Source: an uncultured Candidatus Saccharibacteria bacterium | GTDB taxonomy: Bacteria > Patescibacteriota > Minisyncoccia > Minisyncoccales > GWA2-38-27 | Reading direction: 5' to 3' | Length of the DNA stretch: 64,000 bases | Assembly: GCA_964387825.1 (NCBI GenBank) | Contig: CAYLWZ010000003.1 | Span: forward strand, 2,267 to 66,266 | In this document: in pieces, positions 35,807 through 44,870 of the stretch | Position numbering within the stretch: position 1 is the stretch's first letter | Layout: each line of letters starts with the position of its first letter | Program-made: the position numbers and the translations under genes | Notes under the pieces: generated by a model | What the model saw: only the letters and a program-made list of their open reading frames with translations | Databases searched by the model: none | What the model was told of the DNA's origin: nothing

Positions 35807-37396
35807 TTAGTTTTCTCTAATTCTATACATTAAACCCTCTGCTATATGGTTATAGTTGATTTTTTCTGAATTCTCCAAATCAGCGATTGTCCTGGCTACC
35901 TTTAAAACTCGGTGAAAGCCGCGGGCTGAAAGTTTGCCTGAATCAACAAAGCGCTTCAGGATACTCTCGCTTTTTTGGTCAATTTTGCAGTATTTTTTGA
36001 TTTGAGGAATTTGCATTTCCGAGTTGGTAAAAATTTTGTTTTCTTCTTGTCTTGCCCCGAATTTATTGAGGGGGTCGTTAAAAAACCTCTCTTTTTGGAT
36101 TTGGCGGGCTTTTTCTGTTCTTTCTTTTATTTTGGCGCTGGAATTTTCTTCGTCAATAGAGGTTAATTTTTCAAATTTTAACTGAGGTACTTTGATTGAA
36201 ATATCAATTCGGTCTGTAAGGGGTCCGGATAGCTTTCTGCGATAACCGGCAATCTGCGATTGAGTGCAGGTGCAATCTCTTTGCGGGTCGCCGTAATAGC
36301 CGCAGGGGCAGGGATTTGCCGCTGCGATTAAAGTAAATCGGGCGGGAAAAGTTAGATGGTTCCTGGCTCTCAAAATAGTGATTTTTCCTTCCTCCATCGG
36401 CTGGCGCAAAGATTCCAGGACATCGCGATGAAATTCCGGGAATTCGTCTAAAAAAAGAATTCCCCTGTGCGCCAAAGTTATCTCTCCCGGCTTGGGCGGG
36501 TTGCCTCCCCCGATTAAGGCCGGCTCAGAGCTTGTATGGTGAGGGGAACGAAACGGCCGATAGCTTATTAAAGGTTTTTCTTCTGGCAGGAGACCGGCAA
36601 TACTGTAGATTTTGGTGACTTCTAATATCTCTTCAAAAGATAGGTCGGGCAAAATAGAAGGGAGCGATTTGGCCAATAAGCTTTTCCCGGCTCCCGGGGG
36701 ACCTTCCATAATTAAATTATGGCCGCCGGCAGCGCTGATTTCCAGCGCCCTTTTTGAACTCTCCTGTCCTTTAATCCAACCGAGGTCTACTGGATAATTT
36801 GGTTTTTCCAAAAAGTTTTTAATATCGGTTTCAAACGGTTTTGCCTTGATTCTTCCTTCTAAATGAGAGATAACCTCTCTTAGCGTTCCTAAACCGATTA
36901 TTCTAATTTTTTCGGAATTTTTTTCGTTTTTTCCCAGAGACGAAATCAAAGCCGCTTCTGGACCGTTTTCTTTTGGCAAAATTATTTCTTTCCATCCTTT
37001 TTCCTGAGTGGCCAGAGCAAGAGAAAGAGCTCCTTTAACCGGCCTTAACTTGCCGTCTAAAGCAAGTTCGCCGCTAAAGATTTTGCCTTCCGGGTTAAAC
37101 CTGATTTGGCTTGAGGCGGAAAGATATCCTAATGCAATCGGTAGGTCGTATAGAGAGCCCTCTTTTTTCAGGTCGGCCGGGGCTAAACTTACCAGGACTC
37201 TTTGGGATTGCTGATGAGGCGACCGGAATCCCGAGCTTTTTATGGCCGCTCCCACTCTTTCTTTTGATTCTTCCACCGCTTTATCCGGCAATCCGACGAT
37301 TTCAAAATGTCTTAATCCGCGGGTAACGTCTGTTTCTATCTCAATGATTCGGGCGTTTAGTCCAGCGATGGCGGCAGAAAATATTTTTGAAGGCAT
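35807..37396 (-). CDS. comM: YifB/ComM-family Mg-chelatase-like AAA+ ATPase
   Basis: N-terminal Lon-like domain, Walker A GPPGAGKSLL, Walker B ILFLDEFPEF, Cys cluster CPCGYYGDPQRDCTC typical of the family. Confidence 0.9.
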   Translation of the reverse strand: MPSKIFSAAIAGLNARIIEIETDVTRGLRHFEIVGLPDKAVEESKERVGAAIKSSGFRSPHQQSQRVLVSLAPADLKKEGSLYDLPIALGYLSASSQIRFNPEGKIFSGELALDGKLRPVKGALSLALATQEKGWKEIILPKENGPEAALISSLGKNEKNSEKIRIIGLGTLREVISHLEGRIKAKPFETDIKNFLEKPNYPVDLGWIKGQESSKRALEISAAGGHNLIMEGPPGAGKSLLAKSLPSILPDLSFEEILEVTKIYSIAGLLPEEKPLISYRPFRSPHHTSSEPALIGGGNPPKPGEITLAHRGILFLDEFPEFHRDVLESLRQPMEEGKITILRARNHLTFPARFTLIAAANPCPCGYYGDPQRDCTCTQSQIAGYRRKLSGPLTDRIDISIKVPQLKFEKLTSIDEENSSAKIKERTEKARQIQKERFFNDPLNKFGARQEENKIFTNSEMQIPQIKKYCKIDQKSESILKRFVDSGKLSARGFHRVLKVARTIADLENSEKINYNHIAEGLMYRIREN

Positions 37397-37405
37397 ACCT
37401 TTATT

Positions 37406-37433
37406 TATGAATTATGAATTACGAATTAAGAAT
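37406..37433. repeat. Heptamer tandem array (tatgaat x2, tacgaat, taagaat) just upstream of comM
   Basis: Four consecutive 7-nt units read directly. Confidence 0.7.
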
Positions 37434-37628
37434 ACAATAAAAAAATCCCAATTCCCAAATTCTAACAACTAATTAATTTTGAATAATAAGTTAATTAGTT
37501 GCTTAACTTAGTTGCTTAACCCGGTTAAGCAACTAAGCAATTTTATGGAATATATTGTTATAGTATATCTTAAACATTGTTAATGTCGAGATAAAGAGCG
37601 CGAAACAGGGTTTTATTAAAAATAAAAG

Positions 37629-37667
37629 GCGTTGAGAATGACAAGTTTGATTCCCAACGCTTTTTTT
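37629..37667. terminator. Terminator hairpin downstream of the 37666 ORF
   Basis: gcgttgagaat...attcccaacgc (one mismatch) followed by ttttttt, with an A/T-rich flank on the other side. Confidence 0.6.
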
Positions 37668-37992
37668 AGAAAGAACTTTCTGTAATTTTTCTTTTCCATA
37701 TCTCAATTACCTCCTCTGTCTTTTCAAGTAATTTTTCCTTTTCCCTTCTTTCTTTTCCGTCTATATTGATAAGGTTCAGATACTTATTAAGTCCCAAGAC
37801 CAACTCTCTAACCAAACCAATTATTTGTTCTAAGGTTAATTCGCCAAATATGGTTTCGCCTTTCTTAATAGTTTTCTCTTTATCCAAGCTTTCAAGGAGC
37901 TGAATCCATTCTTGGATATCCATTTCCAGTTCTTCTATCTGCCTCCAAAAATTATCCTGGCCGATATCTTTTTTAACAATCATCTTAACCAC
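37666..37992 (-). CDS. Hypothetical protein (helical, Glu/Lys-rich)
   Basis: Clean ORF downstream of the TrmB-like regulator; no motif recognised. Confidence 0.4.
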   Translation of the reverse strand: MVKMIVKKDIGQDNFWRQIEELEMDIQEWIQLLESLDKEKTIKKGETIFGELTLEQIIGLVRELVLGLNKYLNLINIDGKERREKEKLLEKTEEVIEIWKRKITESSF

Positions 37993-38059
37993 CCCCTTTC
38001 TATTATCAAATATTAAAGAACTATTTGAAAAGAGCTAAATTAATTTAAGCCGTATTTTT

Positions 38060-38788
38060 TTATTGTGATTTCCAAATTAGAAGAAAAAAGGATTTAATCA
38101 GGTTAATTACCGCCTTGTTTTCAATAAGCAGATAGTTTTTTGAGGAAGGCAGAATAATGATTTTATCACAAATAACAATAGTTCCTTTAAAGCGAAAAGA
38201 GCTCTGGTCAAAGAGTTTTCTTTGCAAATAAGCGAATGAAGATTTATTTTTTGTCAGAGAAAGTTCCTTGACCTGGATTTTCCCTAATCTTTTTTTGATT
38301 TTTTGGTATGTTTTTTCTCTTTGTATGCTTGGCCAAATTTTCTCGTCGGTTGTTAAGATATAAATTTTTCTGGAAAGAGTAGTTGAAAAATCATCAAGTA
38401 AAACTTCTAAGCCAGTTTTGTTTTGGTAAACTTTTATTCCTTTTTCATCGTTTAAATAATATTTAGTTCTCAAAACGGCGATAATGCGAATAAACTCTCT
38501 TTCTCTCTCTTCCAATTCTTTCTTCCGCCTTTTTAAAATTCCCAAAAGATAATCCGGCGACTGGGCGGTGAAGTACTTTTTGCCTTTTTCTTTTGTTTGG
38601 CTAATCAATTCTTTTTTTTCCAGACCCTTGATAGTCCCATAAGCGGTTGGTCGGCTAATCTGGGCTTTTTTAGCGATATTCTGAACCGAAGTATAGCCCA
38701 ATTCAAGGGCAGCCAAATAAACCCGCGCTTCTTTCTCGGTCAACCCCAATTTTCTTAATTCTAAAGGCAAAGTTGCCGTATTTTTCAT
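38060..38788 (-). CDS. TrmB-family transcriptional regulator
   Basis: N-terminal winged HTH LGLTEKEARVYLAALELGYTSVQNIAKKAQISRPTAYGTIKGLEKKELI is typical of TrmB. Confidence 0.75.
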   Translation of the reverse strand: MKNTATLPLELRKLGLTEKEARVYLAALELGYTSVQNIAKKAQISRPTAYGTIKGLEKKELISQTKEKGKKYFTAQSPDYLLGILKRRKKELEEREREFIRIIAVLRTKYYLNDEKGIKVYQNKTGLEVLLDDFSTTLSRKIYILTTDEKIWPSIQREKTYQKIKKRLGKIQVKELSLTKNKSSFAYLQRKLFDQSSFRFKGTIVICDKIIILPSSKNYLLIENKAVINLIKSFFLLIWKSQ

Positions 38789-38823
38789 ATATTTAATATC
38801 TAATTACTTATATTAGAGTAAGG

Positions 38824-38895
38824 GGAAAAATAGGGTCAGCTCTGTTTTTTCTTAGAAAAAACAGTTGGAGAAAATAGAGCTGACCCTATTTTTCC
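38824..38895. repeat. Palindromic repeat family C (ggaaaaatagggtcagctct ... agagctgaccctatttttcc)
   Basis: 20-bp perfect arms with an inner hairpin ctgtttttt-ctta-gaaaaaacag. Abuts the stop codon of the 38895 gene. The left half recurs at 41395-41425. Confidence 0.75.
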
Positions 38896-39224
38896 TACTT
38901 TCCCTTAGAAATACTGAAATAAGTTTTAAAATCCAACGCTGCGATTATAGCTAATGGGACAGAAACCCCCAACAAAAAATATTGTATTCCAGGAACAAAT
39001 ATCGGCGAACTCCCAATAAACAAACCTGTTAATATTCCACCCATTGCGATGAAACTTTGTGCCAACGCACCCTTTAATATTCCGTGTACATTCGTTGTCA
39101 TTAAAACCGCAATACAGAAGATAGCAAACGGCATAAAAAAGTTTGGAAAAGCATTATTTACGACACATATAATACCAATTCCAAGACTAAGGACTGCGGC
39201 TATACTATATAAAACAATTCTCAT
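38895..39224 (-). CDS. Small integral membrane protein
   Basis: Three to four hydrophobic helices; last gene of the minus-strand operon 41239-38895. Confidence 0.45.
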   Translation of the reverse strand: MRIVLYSIAAVLSLGIGIICVVNNAFPNFFMPFAIFCIAVLMTTNVHGILKGALAQSFIAMGGILTGLFIGSSPIFVPGIQYFLLGVSVPLAIIAALDFKTYFSISKGK

Positions 39225-39251
39225 ATTTTTGATCGATAATTTTTATTAATT

Positions 39252-39578
39252 TTATTTAACCTTTTGATATCTTTCGATATCTTGTTTAAGTTTTTTTTCA
39301 AAAATAGGTCCTAATCCTATATCATAAGAATCGGCAATGGCTATCAACGGGACAATTACATCGGTGATTTCTTTCCCCAGTTCTTCTTTTGCCGATTCAA
39401 TATCCATTTTGCCCTTTCTAGACCCGAGCTCCATTCTTACTAAAACATCGGACACTTCACCTAATTCTTCTTGCGCCTTTAAACAACGAACCAGGTTAGG
39501 ATTAGAAAAATTTCCCATTTTTTTAACAATGAAGCTATCAACTTCTTTTATTGTTTTTTGGAGTTCTTCTATTGTCAT
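39252..39578 (-). CDS. MazG-like nucleotide pyrophosphohydrolase
   Basis: EELGEVSDVL and LGKEITDVIVPLIAIADSY metal-binding helix motifs (E..E / E..D pattern) of all-alpha NTP pyrophosphatases. Confidence 0.6.
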   Translation of the reverse strand: MTIEELQKTIKEVDSFIVKKMGNFSNPNLVRCLKAQEELGEVSDVLVRMELGSRKGKMDIESAKEELGKEITDVIVPLIAIADSYDIGLGPIFEKKLKQDIERYQKVK

Positions 39579-40636
39579 ATTATTTGTCCTCCTTTGTTGT
39601 CTGCCTCTAAGACTAAAATTTGGTAATTATATTTATTATAAATATTTTTTATAATATCTGTTTTATTTTTGGAAGTTAATGCGATTAAACCCGGACCCAC
39701 AGAACTCATAAAAGCCATTTCTGCTCCGGCTTGTTTAAGTTCTAATAAGCACTCTAATGGTTTGACCGAACCAAAGGCAAGGATAGCTGGTACGCCCTTT
39801 GTCCCAGCAATTAACATTTCCCAGGAAAGAATTCCAACTTGTTTAAAGTTTTTTGCCTTAAGATCTGGGATCATTTTCATCAATGTCCAGTGACAAATTT
39901 TTGCTGAATTAATCCTATCATGAAAGCTCCATCTTTCCAAGATAGGCAGTTCAATGTCGGATTCTACCACACCCTTTGCCTCAAGAGGAGGAATTCCAAC
40001 TATTACTTTGTAATTATTAGGAATTTCTTCTCTCAATACCAACTCTGCTTCAGCAGTCGTTATTATAAAACCACCCTTTAAAGAAATCCAACCAGACATT
40101 CCGGTTGATTGTCCGGGATAAAGATTACCATCTTTTCCCTCTTCAACATAATTAAATGCTTCAATTTTAACTATTTCTCTTTCATTAAACGGGTTACCCA
40201 AAGCAATATTGATTATATTTACTAGAGCACAGGTGAGACTAGCAGTACTGCCAAGACCCATATGAGGATATGAATTTGGTTCGGCCTCTATTTCAAAACC
40301 ACCCTCATAATCAGTTATTTTTTTTATAATAATTGCGAAATGATTTAGTAGAGCACTGTTTTCTTCATTTTTGAAAACAATTTTGGATTCTTTTATTAAT
40401 TTTAATTTTATTTTTGAGTACAACCCTATTCCAAATCCTATGCTTCCTGAATTACAATGCTTTCCGCCTAAATTCGACCTCATTTCAGTAAAATCCAAGA
40501 TGCAAGAATTTACCCTGCTTGGTGATTGATAATGAAATTCTTTACCGAAAATGGGATTTGTTTTCCTAGGCAAATTACTTAAATCACTCCATAAGAGAGA
40601 CCCCATTTTTACGAGTGGTAATTTTGGTTTTTCCAT
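39575..40636 (-). CDS. GHMP-kinase-superfamily protein, beta-ribofuranosylaminobenzene-5'-phosphate-synthase-like
   Basis: N-terminal SRVNSCILDF..GGKHCNSGSIGFGI resembles the R.H..L.D..G..GR..GG.G motif. GHMP phosphate-binding loop PHMGLGSTASLTCAL. ATGA-type overlap with the MazG-like gene. Confidence 0.5.
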   Translation of the reverse strand: MEKPKLPLVKMGSLLWSDLSNLPRKTNPIFGKEFHYQSPSRVNSCILDFTEMRSNLGGKHCNSGSIGFGIGLYSKIKLKLIKESKIVFKNEENSALLNHFAIIIKKITDYEGGFEIEAEPNSYPHMGLGSTASLTCALVNIINIALGNPFNEREIVKIEAFNYVEEGKDGNLYPGQSTGMSGWISLKGGFIITTAEAELVLREEIPNNYKVIVGIPPLEAKGVVESDIELPILERWSFHDRINSAKICHWTLMKMIPDLKAKNFKQVGILSWEMLIAGTKGVPAILAFGSVKPLECLLELKQAGAEMAFMSSVGPGLIALTSKNKTDIIKNIYNKYNYQILVLEADNKGGQII

Positions 40637-40714
40637 ATTATTTTAATTAGCTTTAATTATATAAATTTTATTATTTTAAAGAAAAGGGCGAAAAATTATA
40701 CTTCCTTTCGCCCT

Positions 40715-41239
40715 TTAATAGATATTAACCAATAATAAACGAAACCTTTTTGCTATTCCTTGCAGTCTTTTGAGAGAACCATTATTCTCAATTGTAATGT
40801 CGGCCATCGCGAGTATTTCTTCTAATTCCGTGATGTGTGTTTCATCCTGTTCAATACGGATAAATGCGTCATTATCAGTTCCGTCTCGCAGATTTAACCT
40901 ATCGCTTCTCATCGAAACCTTAGCTTCAATTTTGACAATAAGAACATCTGAGTAGAGCTCCTTAAGGCGCTTCACTTCTTGCAAAGACCTTGGGCCATCA
41001 ACAATAAGGAACTTTTTACTTTTTAGCGCCTCCAAAATATTGGGAATTTGCCAATACGGATTGACTATGTAGCGTTGATGCAGAATGGACTGCATGGTAT
41101 CGTGATTGACTGGCAATCTATTGTTTCTTAATTCCTTTTTTACTTGACTGCTTATTTCATAGTGATTTTCGAGACAGTTTATCTCTTTGATGAATGTGCT
41201 TTTCCCCGCTCCTGATCTACCAACGAAAATTATCAGCAT
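40715..41239 (-). CDS. P-loop nucleoside/nucleotide kinase-like protein
   Basis: Walker A at the extreme N-terminus (IIFVGRSGAGKST); size and layout match small NMP/dephospho-CoA-kinase-like enzymes. Confidence 0.5.
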   Translation of the reverse strand: MLIIFVGRSGAGKSTFIKEINCLENHYEISSQVKKELRNNRLPVNHDTMQSILHQRYIVNPYWQIPNILEALKSKKFLIVDGPRSLQEVKRLKELYSDVLIVKIEAKVSMRSDRLNLRDGTDNDAFIRIEQDETHITELEEILAMADITIENNGSLKRLQGIAKRFRLLLVNIY

Positions 41240-41271
41240 AATTTACTCCTTCCTTATTTAATTGTTAATCT

Positions 41272-41361
41272 TCAATATTGGTCCAAGCCGTCCTTAGGCC
41301 AATATTGAATAATACCACATACTAGCACTTTGTCAATTAAAAATCCTGAAACCAATATTGG
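41272..41361. promoter_or_regulatory. Three copies of the 10-bp palindrome CCAATATTGG upstream of the minus-strand kinase operon (candidate operator)
   Basis: tcaatattgg 41272-41281, ccaatattga 41299-41308, ccaatattgg 41352-41361. The first lies 33 nt upstream of the start codon at 41239. Confidence 0.45.
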
Positions 41362-41394
41362 GAAATTTGCTCCAGAGACAGAAAGTAAAAATAT

Positions 41395-41504
41395 AAAAAT
41401 AGGGTCAGCTCTGTTTTTTCTTAGCTAAAAATGGTGTCAGATCTATTTTTTCTAGCGAGGCAATAATCAAACCAGTAAGGAAAAATAGACCTGACACCAT
41501 TTTT
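41395..41504. repeat. Composite repeat: half-copy of family C plus complete hairpin of family D (aaaaatggtgtcagatctattttt ... aaaaatagacctgacaccattttt)
   Basis: 41395-41425 is identical to the left arm plus inner half-hairpin of 38824. 24-bp arms with one mismatch at 41427-41450 / 41481-41504. Confidence 0.7.
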
Positions 41505-41580
41505 CCTCTTAATTCGGGCTCATTTTGCGTTGGAATCAAGTTTCATTCGGGGGTCTTCTTGTATTGTACAAGACTTTAAT

Positions 41581-41608
41581 TTGACAAGGTTTTTAGAAAG
41601 CGTATAAT
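41581..41608 (+). promoter_or_regulatory. Sigma-70-like promoter of hicBA
   Basis: TTGACA (41581-41586), 16-nt spacer, TATAAT (41603-41608), 9 nt before the hicB ATG region. Confidence 0.55.
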
Positions 41609-41616
41609 AAAATTAT

Positions 41617-41841
41617 ATGGCAAGGCAATTTACAGCAAATTATAAGAAAAGCGGAAAATGGTTTTTGGGATGGGTAGAAGAGATTCCAGGGGTCAATACT
41701 CAAGGAAGAACTCTTAGAGAGACAAAACAAAACCTTAAAGAGGCTCTTTTGCTAATCCTTGAGACGAATAGAATTATTAGCAAGGGAGAAATTGCCAAAG
41801 GAAAGATTATTCGGGAACCGCTTTCAATTTCTGTAAAATGA
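41617..41841 (+). CDS. hicB: HicB-family antitoxin
   Basis: FTANYKKSGKWFLGWVEEIPGVNTQGRTLRETKQNLKEALLLILE is the typical HicB/UPF0150 N-terminal fold sequence. ATGA overlap with hicA. Confidence 0.75.
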   Translation: MARQFTANYKKSGKWFLGWVEEIPGVNTQGRTLRETKQNLKEALLLILETNRIISKGEIAKGKIIREPLSISVK

Positions 41842-42032
41842 AGCGGAAAAACTTAATTAAACACATTATTAAAAATAGATGTATTTTTATTAGGGAAGGC
41901 GCGAGACATAGCGTCTTTTTTAATTCTCAAACGAGGCGGAGTTCTACTGTTCCTCGGCATAATGTAATTGATAATTTTTTAGCAAGGAAAATTTGCCAAG
42001 ATCTTGGCATAGAATTACCTTCTAAAAAGTAA
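41838..42032 (+). CDS. hicA: HicA-family mRNA interferase toxin
   Basis: ..CIFIREGARHSVFFNSQTRRSSTVPRHNVIDNFLARKICQDLGI matches the HicA pattern (G.H......g....vP.H.ei...l...I.k.lgi). Confidence 0.75.
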   Translation: MKRKNLIKHIIKNRCIFIREGARHSVFFNSQTRRSSTVPRHNVIDNFLARKICQDLGIELPSKK

Positions 42033-42112
42033 TCAATAAACGAAAAAATAGTGAGAAATAATATATCGAAAATTAGTATTTAACTATTAATAATTTTATC
42101 AAAAATAAAAAT

Positions 42113-42466
42113 ATGACTCAAAAACAAATCACTATTAGAGAAATTCAAAAATGGGAAAGGAATTTCTGTAAGAAGAAAGGCATTACTTTTAATAAAAACG
42201 AGCAAATGAGGATAGCTTTATTAAAACTAATGGAAGAAGTGGGAGAAACGGCCAAAGCTGTTTTGGAGAAGAAATGGGACGAGGTTTTGGCGGAAGTCGC
42301 TGATGTTATAGTTTTTGCTTCCAAGGTGGCGAATATCACAGAAGACAATTATACTAAAGATAAATTAGAGAATGTTATAGTCCGTAAGATGAATTATTCC
42401 GAAAGGAGGAACTATGACGCGAAAATAAGAAAATTTGACAAACCAAAGAACTCGGAATTTAAATAA
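42113..42466 (+). CDS. MazG-like nucleotide pyrophosphohydrolase (second paralogue)
   Basis: LMEEVGETAKAV and LAEVADVIVFASKVANI motifs. Confidence 0.6.
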   Translation: MTQKQITIREIQKWERNFCKKKGITFNKNEQMRIALLKLMEEVGETAKAVLEKKWDEVLAEVADVIVFASKVANITEDNYTKDKLENVIVRKMNYSERRNYDAKIRKFDKPKNSEFK

Positions 42467-42585
42467 CAGAAAAATTTCCAGATAACTAATAATTGTTTTT
42501 ACGGTTGTATTTTACGTCGAACGATTATTTTTTTAAGGACACAATAAATGCCGATCAAGGGAATATATTATTAATAAATAAAAAT

Positions 42586-43605
42586 ATGAAATTATCCGAT
42601 CAAAAATTAAAAGTCGGGGTTGTAGGTCTTGGCCATCAATCTCTGGAAGACCATATTCCGGCTATCAAAGACTCTCCAGACGTTGAGCTATTTGGAGTAG
42701 TGGAACCAGAAAGAGATAAATTAAGTCTTTTTTTAAAAGAAAATAAAAAAGTTAAAGGATATACTAGTTTTGATAAATTAATAAAAAATCAAAAGTTAGA
42801 TTTTGTTATAATCGCTCTTCCCCATCATCTCTATTATGAAATCATTAAAAAAGCGATTAAAAATAAAATCCATATTTTAAAAGAGAAACCTTTTGCTATC
42901 TCCCTAAGACAGGCTAAAGAATTAGAAGAAATGGCTCGAAAAAACAAGGTTCAAATTATGGTCACCCTACAGCGGAGATTCAATCCAATCTATTCAACTT
43001 TTTTTCAACTTATTGATAAAATTGGAAAACCATTTTTTGTTGAAGCCAAATATACATTCTTCACTGATAAATCTCACGAAGGATGGCGTGGCAAGAAAGA
43101 ATTAGCCGGCGGAGGATGTTTAATTGACATGGGGTACCATATTATTGATCTTTTGATGTGGTATTTTGGTCTTCCAGACGAGATATTTGCTGAGATGTCC
43201 TGTTGGGCAAAAGAAGGCGCTGTATATGATGCTGAAGACACGACAGAGGTGATATTTAGGTATTCAAGGAAAAAAATCTGGGGATCCCTTCTTGTTTCAA
43301 GGGTGATTCCCCCAAAGCAAGAGTATATCAACGTATTTGGCACTAGAGGGATTATTCATCTTGAGCGGGGAAGAATTGAACGCCTTTCTCCTTCGGGAGA
43401 ATTACAAGAATCCCTCCAAAGGAAACACTCTTGGCCTTCTGCGGCTCAAGATCAATTAGAATATTTCATAAAAGTAATTCGTGGAGAGAAAGAAAACATT
43501 AATAATCCCGAATTTCATTTTCGTCATCTGGCTTTTATTGAGGCGGCTTACGAATCAACTAAATTACATCGATATGTTAATCCCAAAAAATTACTTAATT
43601 TATGA
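42586..43605 (+). CDS. Gfo/Idh/MocA-family NAD(P)-dependent sugar oxidoreductase
   Basis: Start moved to MKLSDQKLKVGVVGLGHQS (Rossmann GxGxxG). EKP motif (ILKEKPFA). The listed upstream extension lacks similarity to this family. Confidence 0.8.
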   Translation: MKLSDQKLKVGVVGLGHQSLEDHIPAIKDSPDVELFGVVEPERDKLSLFLKENKKVKGYTSFDKLIKNQKLDFVIIALPHHLYYEIIKKAIKNKIHILKEKPFAISLRQAKELEEMARKNKVQIMVTLQRRFNPIYSTFFQLIDKIGKPFFVEAKYTFFTDKSHEGWRGKKELAGGGCLIDMGYHIIDLLMWYFGLPDEIFAEMSCWAKEGAVYDAEDTTEVIFRYSRKKIWGSLLVSRVIPPKQEYINVFGTRGIIHLERGRIERLSPSGELQESLQRKHSWPSAAQDQLEYFIKVIRGEKENINNPEFHFRHLAFIEAAYESTKLHRYVNPKKLLNL

Positions 43606-44870
43606 AAAAACAAAAATCTAAATTAGCTATTTTAGGTGGGTTAAAAACTATTATTCAAAAAGAAGCACATTTTATGTGGCCCCCAATCACTAAACAGATA
43701 GAAAAAATAGTGATCCAACAACTTCATCAAAGTATTTCTATTTATGACCGTAGTGGGATTTTTAAAGAATTTGAAGATAGTTTTGCAGAATATCATAAAA
43801 AAAGATATGCTCTTTTGTGTAGTTCTGGGACGCTAGCTATTCATTCAATGTTTATTGCGGCTGGATTCAAACAAGGAGACGAAGTAATTTGTCCTGCCTA
43901 TACTTTTTTCGCCACAGTCACTCCTCTTTTGTTTACTGGAGCTAAGCCAATATTATGCGACATTGATGAAAACGGGAATATTGACCCAGAAGAAATTAAG
44001 AGAAAAATTACTCCGAAAACAAAAGGAGTAATTATCACTCATATGTGGGGAGTTCCTTGCCAAATGGATGAAATTGTAAAAATATGTAAAAAAAACAAAT
44101 TATTTTTATTAGAGGACTGTTCTCATGCCCATGGAGCAAAATATAAGGGAAAAGTCATTGGCTCTTTCGGCGATCTATCGGCTTGGAGTATCCAGGGAGC
44201 AAAAAATGTTACTGGCGGAGAAGGAGGTATTTTACTAACTAGTAATAAAGAGTTCTATTATCGAGCCTTACTTTTAGGACACTATAATAAACGCTGCAAA
44301 CAAGAAATTCCTAAAAATCATCCCTTTTATAAATATGCAGTTACGGGAATGGGATTAAAATATCGAGCACATCCTTTATCCGTTACAATAGCATATGAAA
44401 TTTTTAAAAATTTAGAAAAATATTTAGAAATAAAGAGATTATTTGCAAAGAAGATAATAAACGAACTTAAAAATCTTCCAGGGATCTCCCTACCTTCATC
44501 ATTTTTTGATTCTAAAATTAAACCTTCTTGGTATGCTTTTGTCTTTCAGTATAAAAAAGAAAAGCTCAAAAATCTTCCTGTTGAGAAATTTTTTGAGGCC
44601 TTGCAATCCGAAGGACTGGAAGAAATAGATAGGCCATGCTCTACTTGTCCATTAAATCTTTTACCTCTTTTTCAGACTCCTGAAAAGTTATTCCCTATTT
44701 ATAAAAAATATCCATTCTCTTATCGGCCGGGAGATTTTCCAAGAGCAGAAAAATTTTACCATAACGCTATTAAATTGCCTGTTTGGGGGCAAAAAGGGAA
44801 TTTGAGACTTGTAAAATTATATATTCAGGGAATAAAAAAAGTAATTAAAAATTTTACCGACCTTCTATGA
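43602..44870 (+). CDS. DegT/DnrJ/EryC1/StrS-family PLP-dependent sugar aminotransferase
   Basis: Family layout: SSGTLAIHSMFIAAG, DEVICPAYTFFATV, LLEDCSHAHGAKYKG, candidate PLP-Lys region SIQGAKNVTGGEGG. ATGA overlap with the oxidoreductase gene. Confidence 0.8.
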   Translation: MKKQKSKLAILGGLKTIIQKEAHFMWPPITKQIEKIVIQQLHQSISIYDRSGIFKEFEDSFAEYHKKRYALLCSSGTLAIHSMFIAAGFKQGDEVICPAYTFFATVTPLLFTGAKPILCDIDENGNIDPEEIKRKITPKTKGVIITHMWGVPCQMDEIVKICKKNKLFLLEDCSHAHGAKYKGKVIGSFGDLSAWSIQGAKNVTGGEGGILLTSNKEFYYRALLLGHYNKRCKQEIPKNHPFYKYAVTGMGLKYRAHPLSVTIAYEIFKNLEKYLEIKRLFAKKIINELKNLPGISLPSSFFDSKIKPSWYAFVFQYKKEKLKNLPVEKFFEALQSEGLEEIDRPCSTCPLNLLPLFQTPEKLFPIYKKYPFSYRPGDFPRAEKFYHNAIKLPVWGQKGNLRLVKLYIQGIKKVIKNFTDLL

